Assembly: GCF_053078305.1 (NCBI RefSeq)
Contig: NZ_CP166879.1
Length of the DNA stretch: 64,000 nucleotides
Direction: 5' to 3' (one strand)
Every line of letters begins with the position of its first letter. Positions within the stretch are counted from its first letter, which is position 1. A program made the translations under genes and the position numbers. This document shows, piece after piece, positions 12,913 to 28,813 of this stretch. The notes below the pieces were generated by a model. It was not told the origin of the DNA and did not search any database. It saw nothing but the letters and a program-made list of their open reading frames with translations.

Positions 12913-13278
12913 TTAATTTAATCGTATTGTGCTGGCATTTTCATCAGCCCCTTTTTGCCATACTTCATGCAGTTGGCTTGTATTTTCAACATTGTTGCAG
13001 CTGGCAGGAAAGCTTTTACCGGAAAGTCCTCGGGCATAAGTAAAATCGGTCTGGCAAGTTTTCTTTTGTCCTTCGGCATATCCTTTAAGGTATAGACCGC
13101 GATCCGCCTGTGAATCGCTAAATGCATCGTCATCTTTTATGGCGCTGCCCGATATCGCATCTTCCATACCAACATCATACCAGTCGGTGCTGGTCAAGGT
13201 TGGCGCGTGAGTATAAGGATCAATCTGGCATCCGCTAACCAGTAAAGCCAACAAGGGGGCGATAAACTTTTTCATCAT
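12913..13278 (-). CDS. yfiL: Lipoprotein YfiL
   Basis: MKKFIAPLLALLVSGCQ... lipobox; start placed at the internal Met pair (ORF track extends to 13317). Confidence 0.8.
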   Translation of the reverse strand: MMKKFIAPLLALLVSGCQIDPYTHAPTLTSTDWYDVGMEDAISGSAIKDDDAFSDSQADRGLYLKGYAEGQKKTCQTDFTYARGLSGKSFPASCNNVENTSQLHEVWQKGADENASTIRLN

Positions 13279-13323
13279 TTCTTTCTCCTTTTTCAAAGCA
13301 TAGCGGATTGTTTTCAAAGGTGA

Positions 13324-13416
13324 TGTAAATTTATCTATACAGAATCAAGGGTTAAAAGCGCGAATAAATTGCTTATGTAAAGAAAAATGTACGAAATATG
13401 GATTGAAAACTTTACT
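13324..13416 (+). promoter_or_regulatory. aroF promoter region with three TyrR boxes
   Basis: TGTAAATTTATCTATACA (13324-13341), TGTAAAGAAAAATGTACG (13376-13393) and TGGATTGAAAACTTTACT (13399-13416) fit TGTAAA-N6-TTTACA. Confidence 0.75.
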
Positions 13417-13487
13417 TTATGTGTTATCGTTACGTCATCCTCGCTGAGGATCAACTATCGCAAACGAGCATAAACAGGATCGCCATC

Positions 13488-14558
13488 ATGCAAAAAGACG
13501 CGCTGAATAACGTACATATTACCGACGAACAGGTTTTAATGACTCCGGCACAACTGAAGGCCGCTTTTCCATTAAGCCTGCAACAAGAAGCCCAGATTGC
13601 TGACTCGCGTAAAACCATTTCAGATATTATCGCCGGGCGCGATCCTCGTCTGCTGGTAGTATGTGGCCCTTGTTCCATTCATGATCCGGAAACTGCTCTG
13701 GAATATGCTCGTCGATTTAAAGCCCTTGCCGCAGAGGTCAGCGATAGCCTCTATCTGGTAATGCGCGTCTATTTTGAAAAACCCCGTACCACTGTCGGCT
13801 GGAAAGGGTTAATTAACGATCCCCATATGGATGGCTCTTTTGATGTAGAAGCCGGGCTGCAGATCGCGCGTAAATTGCTGCTTGAGCTGGTGAATATGGG
13901 ACTGCCACTGGCGACGGAAGCGTTAGATCCGAATAGCCCGCAATACCTGGGCGATCTGTTTAGCTGGTCAGCAATTGGTGCTCGTACAACGGAATCGCAA
14001 ACTCACCGTGAAATGGCCTCCGGGCTTTCCATGCCGGTTGGTTTTAAAAACGGCACCGACGGCAGTCTGGCAACAGCAATTAATGCTATGCGCGCCGCCG
14101 CCCAGCCGCACCGTTTTGTTGGCATTAACCAGGCAGGGCAGGTTGCGTTGCTACAAACTCAGGGGAATCCGGACGGGCATGTCATCCTGCGCGGTGGTAA
14201 AGCGCCGAACTATAGCCCTGCGGATGTTGCGCAATGTGAAAAAGAGATGGAACAGGCGGGACTGCGCCCGTCTCTGATGGTAGATTGCAGCCACGGTAAT
14301 TCCAATAAAGATTATCGCCGTCAGCCTGCGGTGGCAGAATCCGTGGTTGCTCAAATCAAAGATGGCAATCGCTCAATTATTGGTCTGATGATCGAAAGTA
14401 ATATCCACGAGGGCAATCAGTCTTCCGAGCAACCGCGCAGTGAAATGAAATACGGTGTATCCGTAACCGATGCCTGCATTAGCTGGGAAATGACCGATGC
14501 CTTGCTGCGTGAAATTCATCAGGATCTGAACGGGCAGCTGACGGCTCGCGTGGCTTAA
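13488..14558 (+). CDS. aroF: DAHP synthase, Tyr-sensitive
   Basis: [30 protein letters not shown]..., 356 aa from the ATG at 13488. Confidence 0.93.
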   Translation: MQKDALNNVHITDEQVLMTPAQLKAAFPLSLQQEAQIADSRKTISDIIAGRDPRLLVVCGPCSIHDPETALEYARRFKALAAEVSDSLYLVMRVYFEKPRTTVGWKGLINDPHMDGSFDVEAGLQIARKLLLELVNMGLPLATEALDPNSPQYLGDLFSWSAIGARTTESQTHREMASGLSMPVGFKNGTDGSLATAINAMRAAAQPHRFVGINQAGQVALLQTQGNPDGHVILRGGKAPNYSPADVAQCEKEMEQAGLRPSLMVDCSHGNSNKDYRRQPAVAESVVAQIKDGNRSIIGLMIESNIHEGNQSSEQPRSEMKYGVSVTDACISWEMTDALLREIHQDLNGQLTARVA

Positions 14559-14568
14559 GAGGTTTATT

Positions 14569-15690
14569 ATGGTTGCTGAATTGACCGCATTACGCGATCA
14601 AATTGATGAAGTCGATAAAGCGCTGCTGAATTTATTAGCGAAGCGTCTGGAACTGGTTGCTGAAGTGGGAGAGGTGAAAAGCCGCTTTGGACTGCCTATT
14701 TATGTTCCGGAGCGAGAGGCATCTATGTTGGCCTCGCGTCGTGCAGAGGCGGAAGCTCTGGGTGTACCGCCAGATCTGATTGAGGATGTTTTGCGTCGGG
14801 TGATGCGTGAATCTTACTCCAGTGAAAACGACAAAGGATTTAAAACGCTTTGTCCTGCGTTACGCCCGGTAGTTATCGTTGGCGGCGGCGGTCAGATGGG
14901 ACGTCTGTTCGAGAAGATGCTGACACTCTCGGGTTATCAGGTGCGGATTCTGGAGCAACATGACTGGGATCGAGCGGCTGATATTGTTGCCGATGCCGGA
15001 ATGGTGATTGTTAGTGTGCCAATCCACGTTACTGAGCAAGTTATTGGCAAATTACCGCCTTTACCGAAAGATTGTATTCTGGTTGATCTGGCATCAGTGA
15101 AAAATGGACCATTACAGGCCATGCTGGCGGCGCACGATGGCCCGGTACTGGGGTTGCACCCGATGTTCGGCCCGGACAGCGGTAGCCTGGCAAAGCAAGT
15201 TGTGGTCTGGTGTGATGGACGTAAGCCGGAAGCATACCAATGGTTTCTGGAGCAAATTCAGGTCTGGGGCGCTCGGTTGCATCGTATTAGCGCTGTCGAG
15301 CACGATCAGAATATGGCGTTTATTCAGGCTCTGCGCCACTTTGCTACTTTTGCTTACGGGCTGCACCTGGCAGAAGAAAATGTTCAGCTTGAGCAACTTC
15401 TGGCGCTCTCTTCGCCGATTTACCGCCTTGAGCTGGCGATGGTCGGGCGACTGTTTGCTCAGGATCCGCAGCTTTATGCCGACATCATTATGTCGTCAGA
15501 GCGTAATCTGGCGTTAATCAAACGTTACTATAAGCGTTTCGGCGAGGCGATTGAGTTGCTGGAGCAGGGCGATAAGCAGGCGTTTATTGACAGTTTCCGC
15601 AAGGTGGAGCACTGGTTCGGCGATTACGCACAGCGTTTTCAGAGTGAAAGCCGCGTGTTATTGCGTCAGGCGAATGACAATCGCCAGTAA
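14569..15690 (+). CDS. tyrA: Bifunctional chorismate mutase / prephenate dehydrogenase (T-protein)
   Basis: 373-aa [33 protein letters not shown]... Confidence 0.95.
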   Translation: MVAELTALRDQIDEVDKALLNLLAKRLELVAEVGEVKSRFGLPIYVPEREASMLASRRAEAEALGVPPDLIEDVLRRVMRESYSSENDKGFKTLCPALRPVVIVGGGGQMGRLFEKMLTLSGYQVRILEQHDWDRAADIVADAGMVIVSVPIHVTEQVIGKLPPLPKDCILVDLASVKNGPLQAMLAAHDGPVLGLHPMFGPDSGSLAKQVVVWCDGRKPEAYQWFLEQIQVWGARLHRISAVEHDQNMAFIQALRHFATFAYGLHLAEENVQLEQLLALSSPIYRLELAMVGRLFAQDPQLYADIIMSSERNLALIKRYYKRFGEAIELLEQGDKQAFIDSFRKVEHWFGDYAQRFQSESRVLLRQANDNRQ

Positions 15691-15696
15691 TAATCC

Positions 15697-15732
15697 AGTG
15701 CCGGATGATTCACATCATCCGGCACCTTTTCA
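15697..15732. terminator. Bidirectional terminator between convergent tyrA and pheA
   Basis: GTGCCGGATGATTCACATCATCCGGCAC hairpin followed by CTTTTC. Confidence 0.75.
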
Positions 15733-16893
15733 TCAGGTTGGATCAACAGGCACTACGTTCTCACTTGGGTAACAGCCCAATACCTTCATTGAACGGGTGA
15801 TTTCCCCTAACTCTTTCAATGCTTTTTGCATTTCCGCTGATTCAAGATTGGCCTGAATATCCAGATAAAACATCTCTTCCCATGGATTACCGTGAATCGG
15901 GCGTGATTCCAGACGGGTCATAATCAGATTGTGGTTGCGCAGTACCAGCAACGCTTCAACCAGCGCACCGGCTTGTTGCCCGGTCGCCATTAACAACGTT
16001 GTTTTCGCCGGAACCTGATCAGACACGTTAATGGCTTTACGCGCCAACACCACAAATCGGGTGAAGTTTTGTCGCTGATTCGCTTCAATCCGCTCCAGTA
16101 CCTGCAAATCGTACAAAGTGCCGCCAGCTTCGCTTCCCAACGCAGCAACATGCGGTGATTTTGCCTGTGCAACCTTTTCCATTGCCGCAGACGTACTTTC
16201 GGTATATTCAATCTTCCAGTGCGGATAACGATTAAGGAATTTGCTGCATTGCTGGAATGGCTGCGGATGGCTGTAGACCGTATTGATGGTGGATAAATCA
16301 GTCGTGCCGGAGACTAACAAACAATGGTCGATAGTTAACGTCATCTCGCCAACAATCGACAAGCTGGTATGTTGCAGCAGATCGTAAACGTCATTTATGG
16401 CACCGGAGCTGGTATTTTCAATCGGTACGACGGCATAGTCGGCTTGGCCGGTTTCCACCTGATTAAAAATATCGGCAAATTTGGCGCAGCCACTTTCAAT
16501 GAATTGCTCAAAGTGACGGGCAGCATACTGGCGCGCCGCAAGATGGGAATAAGAACCTTTGGGGCCGAGAAAAGCGATGCGTGCTGAGTGCGGATTAATT
16601 TTATTGAGATGTTGTTGGAGTAAAGCCTGCTGAGTTAATACGGAATCTTCAATGATGAGCTGGAACAGGCGAGTAATGTAATGGGCGTCCAGATGGTGCG
16701 CTTTACCGAGCGTAATTAATCTTTCCAGTAAATCGCGTTCACGATCAATATCACGTACCGGGCGATGCGAGAGCAGTTTGGCTTTTCCCACCTCGACGGC
16801 CAGTTCGCGCCGCTCTGCGAGTAATGCTAATAATTTTTCATCCAGCGCGCTGATTTTCTCTCGCAGCGCCAGTAACGGGTTTTCCGATGTCAT
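15733..16893 (-). CDS. pheA: Bifunctional chorismate mutase / prephenate dehydratase (P-protein)
   Basis: 386-aa [42 protein letters not shown]... Confidence 0.95.
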   Translation of the reverse strand: MTSENPLLALREKISALDEKLLALLAERRELAVEVGKAKLLSHRPVRDIDRERDLLERLITLGKAHHLDAHYITRLFQLIIEDSVLTQQALLQQHLNKINPHSARIAFLGPKGSYSHLAARQYAARHFEQFIESGCAKFADIFNQVETGQADYAVVPIENTSSGAINDVYDLLQHTSLSIVGEMTLTIDHCLLVSGTTDLSTINTVYSHPQPFQQCSKFLNRYPHWKIEYTESTSAAMEKVAQAKSPHVAALGSEAGGTLYDLQVLERIEANQRQNFTRFVVLARKAINVSDQVPAKTTLLMATGQQAGALVEALLVLRNHNLIMTRLESRPIHGNPWEEMFYLDIQANLESAEMQKALKELGEITRSMKVLGCYPSENVVPVDPT

Positions 16894-16910
16894 AGTGTTG
16901 CCTTTTTGTT

Positions 16911-16946
16911 ATCAATAAAAAAGGCCCCCCGATTTGGGAGGCCTTA
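16911..16946 (-). terminator. pheA attenuator (leader terminator)
   Basis: AAGGCCCCCCGATTTGGGAGGCCTT GC-rich hairpin with a U-run on the minus strand, between pheL and pheA. Confidence 0.85.
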
Positions 16947-16991
16947 TTGTTCGTCTTCGCATTCTGTTTCACACGACGAAACGCCTCCCAT

Positions 16992-17039
16992 TCAGGGGAA
17001 GGTAAAAAAGAATGCGAAGAAAAACGGTGTGTGTTTCAT
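16992..17039 (-). CDS. pheL: pheA leader peptide, 15 aa MKHTPFFFAFFFTFP (below the ORF-track size cutoff)
   Basis: Minus-strand ATGAAACACACACCGTTTTTCTTCGCATTCTTTTTTACCTTCCCCTGA; seven Phe codons in 15. Confidence 0.9.
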   Translation of the reverse strand: MKHTPFFFAFFFTFP

Positions 17040-17142
17040 GTTTGTTTCCTTAAGTGACTTTAGTACAGTACCCGTACTGTTTTCACGCTGTCAACAAAAA
17101 ACGCGCCCGAAGGCGCGTTGGCGATACACTCAATATAAAGGA

Positions 17143-17538
<396 letters not shown>

Positions 17539-17705
17539 TCAAAATGTGTGATGGAAATCTCATAATTTTGTCACTTTTTGTCAACGAATCTTTTTTGTGA
17601 GAAATCGCAGGAAGAGGTGTTTTTTTACTTGAGGAATATCTCAAAGCGAGCCATATTTGATGAGATCGATAGTGACTAAATCGCTTCAGTTTCACAACTG
17701 ACAGA

Positions 17706-17745
17706 ATAAAAAAACGGCAGCTCAAGGGCTGCCGTTTTGTGTTTC
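17706..17745. terminator. Bidirectional rho-independent terminator downstream of bamD
   Basis: AAAAAAACGGCAGCTCAAGGGCTGCCGTTTTGTGTTT. Confidence 0.8.
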
Positions 17746-17754
17746 AGGTTTCTG

Positions 17755-18492
17755 TTATGTATTGCTGCTGTTTGCGGCGATGATTTTCGCTACTTTTTCA
17801 GCTTGCGCATTCATCTGCATCTGACGGTATGCATTTTCCATCAGCGGCAGCGCATCACGCGTAGCCTGGGTATCCGGGTAGTCGCGCAACATGCCTTCTA
17901 CGCGGTTAACGACGGCAACCCATGCGCCACGTTCTGTATAGTACTCGGCCACGGAGTATTCATATTTCGCCAGACGATCTTTCAGGAATACCAGACGTTT
18001 GGTGGCATCGGTGGTGTACTGACTGTTTGGATAGCCGCGCACCAGTTTGGAAAAGTCACTAAACGCAGCTCGTGCATGTTGAGGATCGCGATCGCTACGG
18101 TCAACGCCAAAGAACCCTTGCAGCGCACTGTCATCCAGCGCCATATTGGTCAGGCCACGCATGTACATGACATAATCGATATTCGGATGGGTCGGGTTAA
18201 GGCGAATAAAACGATCGATGGCAGCCTGCGCTAACGGCAAATCGGCGTTTTTATAGTAGGCGTAGATGAGATCCAGCTGCACCTGCTGCGAATACGGACC
18301 AAACGGATAGCGATTATCTAACGCTTCCAGTTGCGTTATTGCCTGTCTCCAGTTACCGTCCTGCAGCTTTTGTTGTGCAGTCGCGTAAATTTCATTTGGC
18401 GGATTATCAGGTACTTCTTCCTTTGACCCCGAGCAACCCGCCAAAAACAGGCTTAGTGTGGCGGCTGCCACCAGATATTTCATGCGCGTCAT
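17755..18492 (-). CDS. bamD: Outer membrane protein assembly factor BamD (YfiO)
   Basis: 245-aa ORF with lipobox LAGCSGS and TPR-like repeats. Confidence 0.95.
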
Positions 18493-18626
18493 GACGTTTT
18501 GACTTTCCTCAAAATGTAATACGGGAGATTCTCTGTTCCTGCTCCCGGTTAAGACCAGCTACAATAGCACACTATATTAAACGGCAAAGCCGTAAAACCC
18601 CAACGATAAACGAAGAAGCAGTATAT

Positions 18627-19607
18627 ATGGCACAACGAGTACAGCTCACTGCAACGGTGTCCGAAAACCAACTCGGTCAACGCTTAGATCAGGCTTTGGC
18701 CGAAATGTTCCCGGATTATTCACGTTCGCGAATAAAAGAATGGATCCTCGACCAGCGCGTGCTGGTTAACGGCAAACTTTGTGATAAGCCGAAAGAAAAA
18801 GTATTGGGTGGCGAGCAGGTTGCCATCAACGCAGAGATTGAAGAAGAAGCGCGTTTTGAACCGCAGGATATCCCGCTGGATATCGTCTATGAAGATGAAG
18901 ACATCATCGTCATTAATAAACCGCGCGACCTGGTGGTTCATCCTGGCGCGGGTAACCCGGATGGCACGGTACTGAATGCGTTGCTTCATTATTATCCGCC
19001 TATTGCCGATGTACCGCGTGCGGGCATCGTCCATCGTCTGGATAAAGACACCACTGGCCTGATGGTTGTGGCAAAAACCGTTCCGGCTCAGACGCGTTTA
19101 GTCGAATCTTTGCAAAGGCGTGAAATTACTCGTGAGTACGAAGCGGTGGCGATTGGTCATATGACCGCTGGCGGTACGGTGGATGAGCCAATCAGTCGCC
19201 ACCCGACCAAACGTACTCACATGGCGGTGCATCCGATGGGCAAACCAGCGGTGACTCACTATCGCATCATGGAACACTTCCGTGTGCACACGCGTCTGCG
19301 GTTGCGTCTGGAAACTGGACGTACGCACCAGATCCGCGTGCATATGGCCCATATCACTCATCCGCTGGTGGGCGATCCGGTTTATGGTGGCCGTCCGCGT
19401 CCGCCAAAAGGTGCTTCGGAAGCGTTTATCTCCACGCTGCGTAAGTTTGACCGCCAGGCGCTTCATGCAACCATGCTGCGTCTTTATCATCCGATCTCCG
19501 GCATCGAAATGGAATGGCATGCGCCTATTCCACAAGATATGGTGGAGCTGATTGAGGCGATGCGTGCCGATTTCGAAGAACATAAGGATGAAGTGGACTG
19601 GTTATGA
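18627..19607 (+). CDS. rluD: 23S rRNA pseudouridine synthase RluD
   Basis: 326-aa ORF with S4 domain and HRLDKDTTGLMVVAK catalytic motif. Confidence 0.95.
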   Translation: MAQRVQLTATVSENQLGQRLDQALAEMFPDYSRSRIKEWILDQRVLVNGKLCDKPKEKVLGGEQVAINAEIEEEARFEPQDIPLDIVYEDEDIIVINKPRDLVVHPGAGNPDGTVLNALLHYYPPIADVPRAGIVHRLDKDTTGLMVVAKTVPAQTRLVESLQRREITREYEAVAIGHMTAGGTVDEPISRHPTKRTHMAVHPMGKPAVTHYRIMEHFRVHTRLRLRLETGRTHQIRVHMAHITHPLVGDPVYGGRPRPPKGASEAFISTLRKFDRQALHATMLRLYHPISGIEMEWHAPIPQDMVELIEAMRADFEEHKDEVDWL

Positions 19608-20335
19608 GTAAGCTGATTGTCCCGCAGTGGCCGCTGCCAAAAGGTGTTGCGGCTTGTAGCTCTACTCGTATCGGCGGCGTGAGCTTGCCCCCGTATGACT
19701 CGCTCAACCTCGGTGCCCATTGTGGCGATAACCCGGATCACGTTGAGGAGAATCGCAAGCGACTTTTTGCTGCGGGCAATTTGCCTTCTAAACCGGTCTG
19801 GCTTGAGCAGGTACACGGCAAAGATGTGCTTAAGCTTACTGGCGAACCTTATGCCTCAAAACGAGCAGATGCCTCTTATAGCAATACGCCTGGCACGGTT
19901 TGCGCAGTGATGACTGCCGACTGCCTCCCTGTGCTGTTTTGCAATCGAGCGGGAACGGAAGTCGCCGCCGCTCATGCTGGCTGGCGTGGACTGTGCGCAG
20001 GCGTGCTGGAAGAGACAGTTTCCTGTTTTGCTGATAATCCGGAAAATATTCTCGCCTGGTTAGGGCCGGCAATTGGTCCACGCGCGTTCGAAGTGGGGGC
20101 GGAGGTTCGCGAGGCGTTTATGGCAGCAGACGCCAAAGCGAGTACAGCTTTCATTCAGCATGGTGATAAGTATCTGGCGGATATTTATCTGCTTGCCCGG
20201 CAGCGTCTGGCGAGCGTTGGTGTTGAACAAATTTTCGGCGGCGACCGTTGTACATATACGGAAAATGAGACTTTCTTCTCTTATCGTCGCGACAAGACCA
20301 CCGGGCGTATGGCAAGTTTCATTTGGCTGATATAA
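19604..20335 (+). CDS. pgeF: YfiH/PgeF (DUF152, purine nucleoside phosphorylase-like)
   Basis: 243-aa ORF overlapping the rluD stop by 4 nt. Confidence 0.9.
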   Translation: MSKLIVPQWPLPKGVAACSSTRIGGVSLPPYDSLNLGAHCGDNPDHVEENRKRLFAAGNLPSKPVWLEQVHGKDVLKLTGEPYASKRADASYSNTPGTVCAVMTADCLPVLFCNRAGTEVAAAHAGWRGLCAGVLEETVSCFADNPENILAWLGPAIGPRAFEVGAEVREAFMAADAKASTAFIQHGDKYLADIYLLARQRLASVGVEQIFGGDRCTYTENETFFSYRRDKTTGRMASFIWLI

Positions 20336-20395
20336 CCTAAAGAATCAAGACGATCCGGTACGCGTGATTTTCTTTTCACATTAATCTGGTCAATA

Positions 20396-20427
20396 ACCTT
20401 GAATAATTGAGGGATGACCTCATTTAA
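20396..20427 (+). promoter_or_regulatory. sigma32 heat-shock promoter of clpB
   Basis: CCTTGAATAA (-35), 13-bp spacer, CCTCATTTA (-10), about 40 bp upstream of the clpB start. Confidence 0.75.
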
Positions 20428-20464
20428 TCTCCAGTAGCAACTTTGATCCGTTATGGGAGGAGTT

Positions 20465-23038
20465 ATGCGTCTGGATCGTCTTACTAATAAATTCCAGCTT
20501 GCTCTTGCCGATGCCCAATCACTTGCACTCGGGCACGACAACCAATTCATCGAACCACTTCATTTAATGAGCGCCCTGCTGAATCAGGAAGGGGGTTCGG
20601 TTAGTCCTTTGTTAACATCAGCTGGCATAAATGCTGGCCAGTTGCGCACAGATATCAATCAGGCATTAAATCGTTTACCGCAGGTTGAAGGTACTGGTGG
20701 TGATGTCCAGCCATCACAGGATCTGGTGCGCGTTCTTAATCTTTGCGACAAGCTGGCGCAAAAACGTGGTGATAACTTTATCTCGTCAGAACTGTTCGTT
20801 CTGGCGGCACTTGAGTCTCGCGGCACGCTGGCCGACATCCTGAAAGCAGCAGGGGCGACCACCGCCAACATTACTCAAGCGATTGAACAAATGCGTGGAG
20901 GTGAAAGCGTGAACGATCAAGGTGCTGAAGACCAACGTCAGGCTTTGAAAAAATATACCATCGACCTTACCGAACGAGCCGAACAGGGCAAACTCGATCC
21001 GGTGATTGGTCGTGATGAAGAAATTCGCCGTACCATTCAGGTGCTGCAACGTCGTACTAAAAATAACCCGGTACTGATTGGTGAACCCGGCGTCGGTAAA
21101 ACTGCCATCGTTGAAGGTCTGGCGCAGCGTATTATCAACGGCGAAGTGCCGGAAGGGTTGAAAGGCCGCCGGGTACTGGCGCTGGATATGGGCGCGCTGG
21201 TGGCTGGGGCGAAATATCGCGGTGAGTTTGAAGAACGTTTAAAAGGCGTGCTTAACGATCTTGCCAAACAGGAAGGCAACGTCATCCTGTTTATCGACGA
21301 ATTACATACCATGGTCGGCGCGGGTAAAGCCGATGGCGCAATGGACGCCGGAAACATGCTGAAACCGGCGCTGGCGCGTGGTGAATTGCACTGCGTAGGT
21401 GCCACGACGCTTGACGAATATCGCCAGTACATTGAAAAAGATGCTGCGCTGGAACGTCGTTTCCAGAAAGTGTTTGTTGCCGAGCCTTCTGTTGAAGATA
21501 CCATTGCGATTCTACGTGGCCTGAAAGAACGTTACGAATTGCACCACCATGTGCAAATTACTGACCCGGCAATTGTTGCAGCGGCGACGTTGTCTCATCG
21601 CTACATTGCTGACCGTCAGCTGCCGGATAAAGCCATCGACCTGATCGATGAAGCAGCATCCAGCATTCGTATGCAGATTGACTCAAAACCAGAAGAACTC
21701 GACCGACTCGATCGCCGTATCATCCAGCTCAAACTGGAACAACAGGCGTTAATGAAAGAGTCTGATGAAGCCAGTAAAAAACGCCTGGATATGCTCAACG
21801 AAGAACTGAGCGACAAAGAACGTCAGTACTCCGAGTTAGAAGAAGAGTGGAAAGCAGAGAAGGCATCGCTTTCTGGTACGCAGACCATTAAAGCGGAACT
21901 GGAACAGGCGAAAATCGCTATTGAACAGGCTCGCCGTGTGGGGGACCTGGCGCGGATGTCTGAACTGCAATACGGCAAAATCCCGGAACTGGAAAAGCAA
22001 CTGGAAGCCGCAACGCAGCTCGAAGGCAAAACTATGCGTCTGTTGCGTAATAAAGTGACCGACGCCGAAATTGCTGAAGTGCTGGCGCGTTGGACGGGGA
22101 TTCCGGTTTCTCGCATGATGGAAAGCGAGCGCGAAAAACTGCTGCGTATGGAGCAAGAACTGCACCATCGCGTAATTGGTCAGAACGAAGCGGTTGATGC
22201 GGTATCTAACGCTATTCGTCGTAGCCGTGCGGGGCTGGCGGATCCAAATCGCCCGATTGGTTCATTCCTGTTCCTCGGCCCAACTGGTGTGGGGAAAACA
22301 GAGCTTTGTAAGGCGCTGGCGAACTTTATGTTTGATAGCGACGAGGCGATGGTCCGTATCGATATGTCCGAGTTTATGGAGAAACACTCGGTGTCTCGTC
22401 TGGTTGGTGCGCCTCCGGGATATGTTGGTTATGAAGAAGGTGGCTACCTGACCGAAGCTGTGCGTCGTCGTCCGTATTCCGTTATCCTGCTGGATGAAGT
22501 GGAAAAAGCGCATCCGGATGTCTTCAACATTCTGTTGCAGGTACTGGATGATGGGCGTCTGACTGACGGGCAGGGGAGAACGGTCGACTTCCGTAATACG
22601 GTTGTCATTATGACCTCTAACCTCGGTTCCGATTTGATTCAGGAACGCTTCGGTGAACTGGATTATGCGCACATGAAAGAGCTGGTGCTCGGTGTGGTTA
22701 GCCATAACTTCCGTCCGGAATTCATTAACCGTATCGATGAAGTGGTGGTCTTCCATCCGCTGGGTGAACAGCACATTGCGTCGATTGCGCAGATTCAGTT
22801 GAAACGTCTGTATAAACGTCTGGAAGAACGTGGTTATGAAATCCACATTTCTGACGAGGCGCTGAAACTGCTGAGCGAGAACGGTTACGATCCGGTCTAT
22901 GGTGCACGTCCTCTGAAACGTGCAATTCAGCAGCAGATCGAAAACCCGCTGGCACAGCAAATACTGTCTGGTGAATTGGTTCCGGGTAAAGTGATTCGCC
23001 TGGAAGTTAATGAAGACCGGATTGTCGCCGTCCAGTAA
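20465..23038 (+). CDS. clpB: Chaperone ClpB (AAA+ disaggregase)
   Basis: [27 protein letters not shown]...; two AAA+ modules (GEPGVGKT and GPTGVGKT); 857 aa from the ATG at 20465. Confidence 0.96.
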
Positions 23039-23045
23039 ATGATAA

Positions 23046-23072
23046 AACGAGCCCTTCGGGGCTCGTTTTTGT
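23046..23072 (+). terminator. clpB rho-independent terminator
   Basis: AACGAGCCCTTCGGGGCTCGTTTTTGT. Confidence 0.85.
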
Positions 23073-23153
23073 CTATAAGTTAGACGGAAAAGACTATATT
23101 TAAGATGTTTTGCCTGAAAAGTGAGCGAACGATAAAGTTTTTATATTTTTCGC

Positions 23154-23181
23154 TTGTCAGGCCGGAATAACTCCCTATAAT
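23154..23181 (+). promoter_or_regulatory. rRNA operon promoter P1, with AT-rich UP-element-like sequence upstream (about 23100-23153)
   Basis: TTGTCA, 16-bp spacer, TATAAT followed by GC-rich discriminator TGCGCCACC. Confidence 0.8.
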
Positions 23182-23272
23182 GCGCCACCACTGACACGGA
23201 ACAACGGCAAACACGCCGCCGGGTCAGCGGGGTTCTCCTGAGAATTCCGGCAGAGAAAGCAAAAATAAATGC

Positions 23273-23300
23273 TTGACTCTGTAGCGGGAAAGCGTATTAT
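23273..23300 (+). promoter_or_regulatory. rRNA operon promoter P2
   Basis: TTGACT, 16-bp spacer, TATTAT. Confidence 0.8.
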
Positions 23301-23337
23301 GCACACCCCGCGCCGCTGAGAAAAAGCGAAGCGGCAC

Positions 23338-23350
23338 TGCTCTTTAACAA
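23338..23350 (+). promoter_or_regulatory. rrn leader boxA antitermination element
   Basis: TGCTCTTTAACAA in the leader upstream of the 16S gene. Confidence 0.75.
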
Positions 23351-23481
23351 TTTATCAGACAATCTGTGTGGGCACTCGAAGATACGGATTCTTAACGTCG
23401 CAAGACGAAAAATGAATACCAAGTCTCAAGAGTGAACACGTAATTCATTACGAAGTTTAATTCTTTGAGCATCAAACTTTT

Positions 23482-25023
<1,542 letters not shown>

Positions 25024-25108
25024 CCTTAAAGAAGCGTACTTTGCAGTGCTCACACAGATTGTCTGATAGAAAGTGAAAAGCAAGGCGTCTTGCGAAGCAG
25101 ACTGATAC

Positions 25109-25184
25109 GTCCCCTTCGTCTAGAGGCCCAGGACACCGCCCTTTCACGGCGGTAACAGGGGTTCGAATCCCCTAGGGGACGCCA
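25109..25184 (+). tRNA. gltW: tRNA-Glu (UUC) in the 16S-23S spacer
   Basis: GTCCCCTTCGTCTAGAGGCCCAGGACACCGCCCTTTCACGGCGGTAACAGGGGTTCGAATCCCCTAGGGGACGCCA, 76 nt with CCA end. Confidence 0.97.
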
Positions 25185-25377
25185 CTTGCTGGTTTGTGAG
25201 TGAAAGTCACCTGCCTTAATATCTCAAAACTCATCTTCGGGTGATGTTTGAGATATTTGCTCTTTAAAAATCTGGATCAAGCTGAAAATTGAAACACTGA
25301 ACAACGAGAGTTGTTCGTGAGTCTCTCAAATTTTCGCAACACGATGATGAATCGAAAGAAACATCTTCGGGTTGTGA

Positions 25378-28280
<2,903 letters not shown>

Positions 28281-28373
28281 ACAACGCCGAAGATGTTTTG
28301 GCGGATTGAGAGAAGATTTTCAGCCTGATACAGATTAAATCAGAACGCAGAAGCGGTCTGATAAAACAGAATT

Positions 28374-28493
28374 TGCCTGGCGGCCTTAGCGCGGTGGTCC
28401 CACCTGAACCCATGCCGAACTCAGAAGTGAAACGCCGTAGCGCCGATGGTAGTGTGGGGTCTCCCCATGCGAGAGTAGGGAACTGCCAGGCAT
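28374..28493 (+). rRNA. rrfG: 5S ribosomal RNA
   Basis: TGCCTGGCGGCC...GGGAACTGCCAGGCAT, 120 nt. Confidence 0.97.
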
Positions 28494-28504
28494 CAAATAA
28501 AGCG

Positions 28505-28533
28505 AAAGGCCATCCTGACGGATGGCCTTTTTG
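28505..28533 (+). terminator. rRNA operon terminator T1
   Basis: AGGCCATCCTGACGGATGGCCTTTTTGCG. Confidence 0.85.
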
Positions 28534-28548
28534 CGTTGGTGAAAAAAA

Positions 28549-28582
28549 TGCCTGATGCGACGCTGCGCGTCTTATACTCCCA
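28549..28582. repeat. REP-like (repetitive extragenic palindrome) element
   Basis: TGCCTGATGCGACGCTGCGCGTCTTATAC resembles the REP consensus; intergenic between the rrn terminator and kgtP. Confidence 0.55.
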
Positions 28583-28813
28583 CATATGCCAGATTCAGCA
28601 GCGAATACGGCTTCCCCAACTTGCCCACCTCCATACGTGTTCTCCTCACCAGAAATTTATCCTTAAGCTCCTCAATAACCATTTTCCTGCTAACTAAATT
28701 CATGGTTAAGGTTGCATAATGACACGCAACAAATGTATAACATTTTCTTTACCAAAAGAAATAAACAAAAGCGACCGACAAAAGCATCGGATTACGGCAG
28801 GAGACATAATGGC

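Noticed and set aside
17737-18234. 165-aa plus-strand ORF
   Set aside because: Antisense to bamD
21037-22960. Several minus-strand ORFs (155, 232 and 110 aa)
   Set aside because: All lie inside clpB on the opposite strand; clpB is full length with both AAA+ modules
28712-28813. N-terminal extension of the kgtP ORF
   Set aside because: The extension lacks a ribosome-binding site and is not part of KgtP as recalled; the native protein begins MAESTV at 28814. Similar upstream extensions were trimmed for rpsP, rimM, aroF, clpB, yfiF, grcA, yfiE, trmN6, rpoE, rseA, pdxJ, ypjD, yfiL and tapT
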